The position numbers were made by a program, and so were the translations under genes. The notes below the pieces were generated by a model, which ran no database searches, was not told the origin of the DNA, and saw only the letters and a list, made by a program, of their open reading frames with translations. Shown here in pieces: positions 17,051 to 20,535 of a DNA stretch of 20,535 bases (positions are counted from its first letter, which is position 1; each line of letters starts with the position of its first letter). The DNA is taken from NCBI GenBank assembly GCA_963806035.1, contig CAWDWO010000016.1, forward strand, positions 138,581 through 159,115, given 5' to 3'. This DNA comes from Candidatus Krumholzibacteriota bacterium. GTDB lineage: Bacteria > Krumholzibacteriota > Krumholzibacteriia > JAJRXK01.

Positions 17051-17166
17051 GAGGGCGAAGCTCCTGCTGAGCCGTCTTGTCCCCTCATGCGCGGAAATCT
17101 GCGGTGATCCGCTCGTCGTAATAAGCGTTATGTTCCAGGGCAGCTCGGCAGGAGCTCTCCGCCCTC
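17051..17166. repeat. REP-like inverted doublet (GAGGGCGAAGCTCCTGCTGAGCCG type)
   Basis: 17051-17074 GAGGGCGAAGCTCCTGCTGAGCCG and 17141-17166 CAGCTCGGCAGGAGCTCTCCGCCCTC are near reverse complements separated by 66 bp. Intergenic. Confidence 0.7.
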
Positions 17167-17310
17167 CCGATTTGAAAACGAGTACTGAGATTACAGGTTA
17201 TTGATTTGATCAGCATGCAATATTATCGAGAACGGTGAATAACCAGTCAAGGGAGTCCTCTGACCCTTGCGGGGCCTGTTCACGACGTGAAGATGCCAAG
17301 CCTGATGCGG

Positions 17311-17337
17311 AGGGTGTTTTCAAATTGAAAACGCCCT
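17311..17337. repeat. 27-bp intergenic palindrome
   Basis: AGGGTGTTTTCAA-A-TTGAAAACGCCCT: 13-bp arms with one mismatch (G-U pair in RNA). Confidence 0.6.
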
Positions 17338-17516
17338 TTGAGTTAACGGCCACCTGCTGTAGCAAGCCTCATAGAGACGGAATAACGGGATTGAGTATAC
17401 CTGCGCGGGACGACTTGACACACGAATCACGCAATACGGTGACGGCGATTACGCCCCATGCATGCGTGGACGTTGTGCGTCTGTTGCAAAGCAATTTCCG
17501 GTACAGCTACTATGGA

Positions 17517-19550
17517 TCAGGGCTGAGAATTCGTTTGAATTTTTTCTCGGAGCGCCCTCGGCGTTTCTGATCCCACGAATTCGAGTCGTTTGCTGATTTC
17601 TCGCAGTGCTTCCAGGTGTTGCCGGCTCTTCGGCTGATCGTCGAGTTTCTTATACAATTTCGCGGCAAGGTCGCGTAGCTCCCGTTGTGTCGGGTCGAGC
17701 TGTAGTCCGCGTTCGGCGACTTTTTGGCGGCCTGCAGGTTGCCCGACGCAGCTAGCAGAAAACGGCACATAGGGAGCAAACATCGTGGCGTCCCATTTGT
17801 TGACCTTCAAGTAGTCTTCGTAGCTGCGTAGCCCCAGGTCGACGAAACGGGTGCGAAATGCCACCAAGCCCAGATTCTTGAGACTCATTTCATCCTGCGG
17901 ATCGATGTGCAGAGCTGCTTCAAACGAACTCTTGGCTTTCGCATGATTCTGTGTGAATTCGTACAAGAATCCTAGCTTACGCCACACGTCCAGATCATTG
18001 GCGTCACGGGCCAACACGTCTTCAGCCGCCGCAATGGCTTGGACCATGAGTTGTTGATTGGATTCTTCGACCGCTTGATCGCACAACGCCAACGCCCTGG
18101 CCCGCTGCAACTCACGACTCCGGCACCTGGCTGTTCACTTCTCGTCGAAAATTGACCAAAGCTCGCCGCGGTCCGAACGAGCTGCCACATCCAGATGGTT
18201 GTGCGGATCCCGTAGTACGCGATGATCCGACTGCGATGTATGCGGGATGTCGCTCGACCCAACGACCGGCATATGGCAGTGGATGCAGGAATTGAGCGCG
18301 GGGGGCTGCTCGCGTTCTTCGAGCGGCAGCGAGCAGCCATGTTCCGCATGACAACGGTTGCAGCGTTCCCGGTAAAATTCGGCCTTCTCGTCCGGTTGGG
18401 GAACAAAGTGCGGATCGTGGCAGGTGGTACACCGCATTTGCCCGTTGGTACCGCGGAAGCAGGCGCTGGAACGCATCTGCTCCACCTGGCTGGTAAACGG
18501 CTGCGATTCCCCGGCTTAGAGCGGCGAGCTTGATTCAAACACCGTCCAGACGTCTTCGGTCGCCATGCCCGGTTGAAAATCATGATACGACCGCCCTTTG
18601 CGGCAGAATGCGGCGTTTGCCGTCCATGTGGCACTGGTAGCACACATCATCCGCGAGGTGCCTGTCGAGATGAGCAGGATTGACGATGAGCAGGTCCTCG
18701 GCGGTCTCACTGTCTTCGTCGAAGTCACCGGCGTCCATTTTTTCGACATGCTGCTTGCCCGGTCCGTGGCAGCGTTCGCAGCCGATTTGCATTTCCAGAA
18801 ACGGCGGCTCCACAAACCGGTCCGACGTTCCTTCTCCAACTGGAGCCACACGGCCGGCGTGACACTGAACGCAGCCGTCGCTCACACGGCGATTGAATCG
18901 CTGGCGAGGATTGTTGTGATAACCCGGCGAAAGGTCCCATTTCTGTTTTTCGACGTACCAGGTGATGGGCGACTCAAACAGGGAACCCCCGCGGTCGATC
19001 AGATACGTTTTGGCATTCGTACCCGATCCGGAGGCAATTGCACGTCAACCGCTTGCTCGTAAACCGTCTCGCCGTCGTCATCGGTCATAAACTCAGTATG
19101 AATCAAGCGGTCCCCCCGGCGTTCGACGCGGTAACGCACCCCTGCGCCTCGAATTCGACCGTACCGCCATCCTCGATTTCGTTCAGAGGCGTCTCCGCGA
19201 CCAATGCCATCGTGTTGGCCATTGGGTGATCGGCGTACATTTCGGCGATTTCGAAGTGACAATCGGCACAAGCTTCGCTGCCGACTATTCGTCAACCCGC
19301 CAGTTATGATCCGGCTTGGTCCAAGCGACCTGCTGGGAATCGGCAGCCGGCTCGGCGAGTTTCGGCGAATCGCCGGTCCTCTCAACCGGCTTTGCCGCCG
19401 GTTCGCTGCGGACGCCACCGAGTACACGACGGCACCGGCCAGCAGGCAGCAAACGGTTAAGAAAACTAGGAGTCGCCCGCCCGAACGCCCGGTCTGGGGC
19501 TGCTGCCGGGATTTCTGTGGTGAAGAGTCGGATTTGCGTGAGGCAGACAT
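17517..19550 (-). CDS. Membrane-anchored multiheme cytochrome c (c554/c552-like) with C-terminal TPR repeats (multiply frameshifted)
   Basis: N-terminal TM LLVFLTVCCLLAGAVVYSV. Seven CxxCH across frames: CADCH (19256-19270, in VGSEACADCH..HPM), CVQCH, IGCERCHGPG, CYQCH, CTTCHDPH, CNRCH and CIHCHMP. TPR-like helices in 17517-18110 and 17510-17779. Confidence 0.85.
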
Positions 19551-19842
19551 CAAGGGAACCCGGCGGGAGGTGCGGTCCGGCAATTTTTCGGCTCACCGTG
19601 CACCGAATTCGGATTGCGGTCTCGGCGGCCGGAAACCGAGTGGAAATGGAGACGCGTCAAGCCGCATTACGTTTTCCCCATCGAAAACTGGGGAAAATCT
19701 GGTGAAAAATCATTGTATTCCGCCAGATAAGCGGCACGCAATGTATGAGATTTGGTGCGTTGTGCATTAAGCGACGGCGCAGAGGTATGACATAAAGCTC
19801 GTTATCACGCATCTTCCAGCTAGGCTGGTTCTATCGGCCTTC

Positions 19843-20205
19843 TTAAGGATGGGACCATTCGCACTTCCGGGCACCAATTTCGTCCGGCAACACCGGTGCC
19901 ACTTCACTCCTTCCTCTCACGGCTTCGCCGCCCTGGTTGGCATGCAACTGGGAAAACCTGCGATCAATGAAGCGTATAGTTCTCGCACTCGTCTTAACTG
20001 AGTTTATTTCCACCACCCCCACAAATGCCAGCACCCACGGCCAAATTGGGCTCATCACATCTTCGTCACCGAAAACTATAAAAACTATAAACAACAAACA
20101 TACACCTATCGTCTTCAAACGCAACTGCTTTGACAATGAAGCGTTCGGGTCCGTTGCTTCGACATTGGCATGCTCCATGCCGGACGTATGTTCATTCGTA
20201 TTCAT
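19843..20205 (-). CDS. Small hypothetical membrane protein (2 TM)
   Basis: 120-aa ORF with hydrophobic segments IGVCLLFIVFIVF and IWPWVLAFVGVV. The start may be downstream (ATG 20205 listed). AT-richer than its neighbours. Confidence 0.5.
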   Translation of the reverse strand: MNTNEHTSGMEHANVEATDPNASLSKQLRLKTIGVCLLFIVFIVFGDEDVMSPIWPWVLAFVGVVEINSVKTSARTIRFIDRRFSQLHANQGGEAVRGRSEVAPVLPDEIGARKCEWSHP

Positions 20206-20297
20206 CGTCCCAAACCTACTTTCCCTTGCATGAGTTGTCGTAAACCTTCACTCGCTACTGGCAATCGTCGACCATAGCGAAACAAGAAGCGGTACCC

Positions 20298-20391
20298 GCA
20301 GGGCCGGTTGTGCTGGCCGCCCGTAGGGTCCGCTATGCGGACCATTAATGCGCAAAGAACGTTGTACTACGTTCCGCAAGGCGGACCCTAC
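20298..20391. repeat. GTAG-family REP doublet (REPIN-like) plus a degenerate third copy
   Basis: GTAGGGTCCGCTATGCGGACC (20323-20343) and inverted GTTCCGCAAGGCGGACCCTAC (20371-20391), each with an internal hairpin. Degenerate GCAGGGCCGGTTGTGCTGGCC at 20298-20318. Confidence 0.8.
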
Positions 20392-20415
20392 CGAACCGAA
20401 TAACCCGTACCGCGA

Positions 20416-20535
20416 TTAAAACAGCGTGTAGATAAACGGTGCTGCCCCAGTCGACGCCAACAGCACGAGCAGCCCCACCAGTCCCAGGACGGTGACGATC
20501 GGCACCATCCACCAGGCCTTGTTCTCAACGATGAA
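20416..20535 (-). CDS. DUF5989 / SxtK-like small membrane protein (3' part; starts beyond the window)
   Basis: Manual translation FIVENKAWWMVPIVTVLGLVGLLVLLASTGAAPFIYTLF-TAA shows the K.WW..P...APFIYTLF signature. Not in the ORF track. Confidence 0.88.
   Translation of the reverse strand, partial: FIVENKAWWMVPIVTVLGLVGLLVLLASTGAAPFIYTLF

Noticed and set aside
14717..19583. Programmed frameshifting, recoding or true pseudogenes
   Set aside because: The shifts are numerous and irregular, motifs are intact, and they occur only beyond the adapter. Sequencing indels are the simpler explanation, though this is unproven without reads.
20416..20535. Saxitoxin biosynthesis cluster (sxtK)
   Set aside because: DUF5989/SxtK-like peptides are widespread outside toxin clusters, and no sxtA or other core sxt genes are visible in this window.

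Overview
This window is most likely not one contiguous piece of genome. Bases 1-12954 are a clean, high-GC bacterial core region with intact ORFs. In order it holds a partial membrane PDZ protein, an inositol monophosphatase, a Zn-ribbon protein, an exported hypothetical, a SAM methyltransferase, a signal-peptide PepF, a glutamine synthetase-family gene, tRNA-Leu(CAG), the smpB-amidase-GerMN-murI-rph-rdgB operon, tRNA-Pro(TGG) and the 3' end of a gene ending in SWGAMKARY*. At 12955-12996 there is a back-to-back Oxford Nanopore ligation-adapter remnant: a garbled AGCAAT..GTAA followed by an exact CAGTTACGTATTGCT. It truncates a gene on each side. Bases 12997-20535 are lower in GC, look Planctomycetota-like (inference) and are indel-rich, as expected of unpolished single-read sequence. 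They carry a truncated HGSNAT/DUF5009-like gene, an LRR lipoprotein, a frameshifted SGNH-TPR protein, a frameshifted 7-CxxCH multiheme cytochrome-TPR protein, two kinds of REP-like doublets and a DUF5989 (SxtK-like) peptide. The apparent island after tRNA-Pro is best explained as a chimeric read. The best biological leads are the C-terminal WGxxKxxY putative sorting signal and the DUF5989 / multiheme-TPR / SGNH-TPR envelope module. All calls come from reading motifs by eye; no searches were run.
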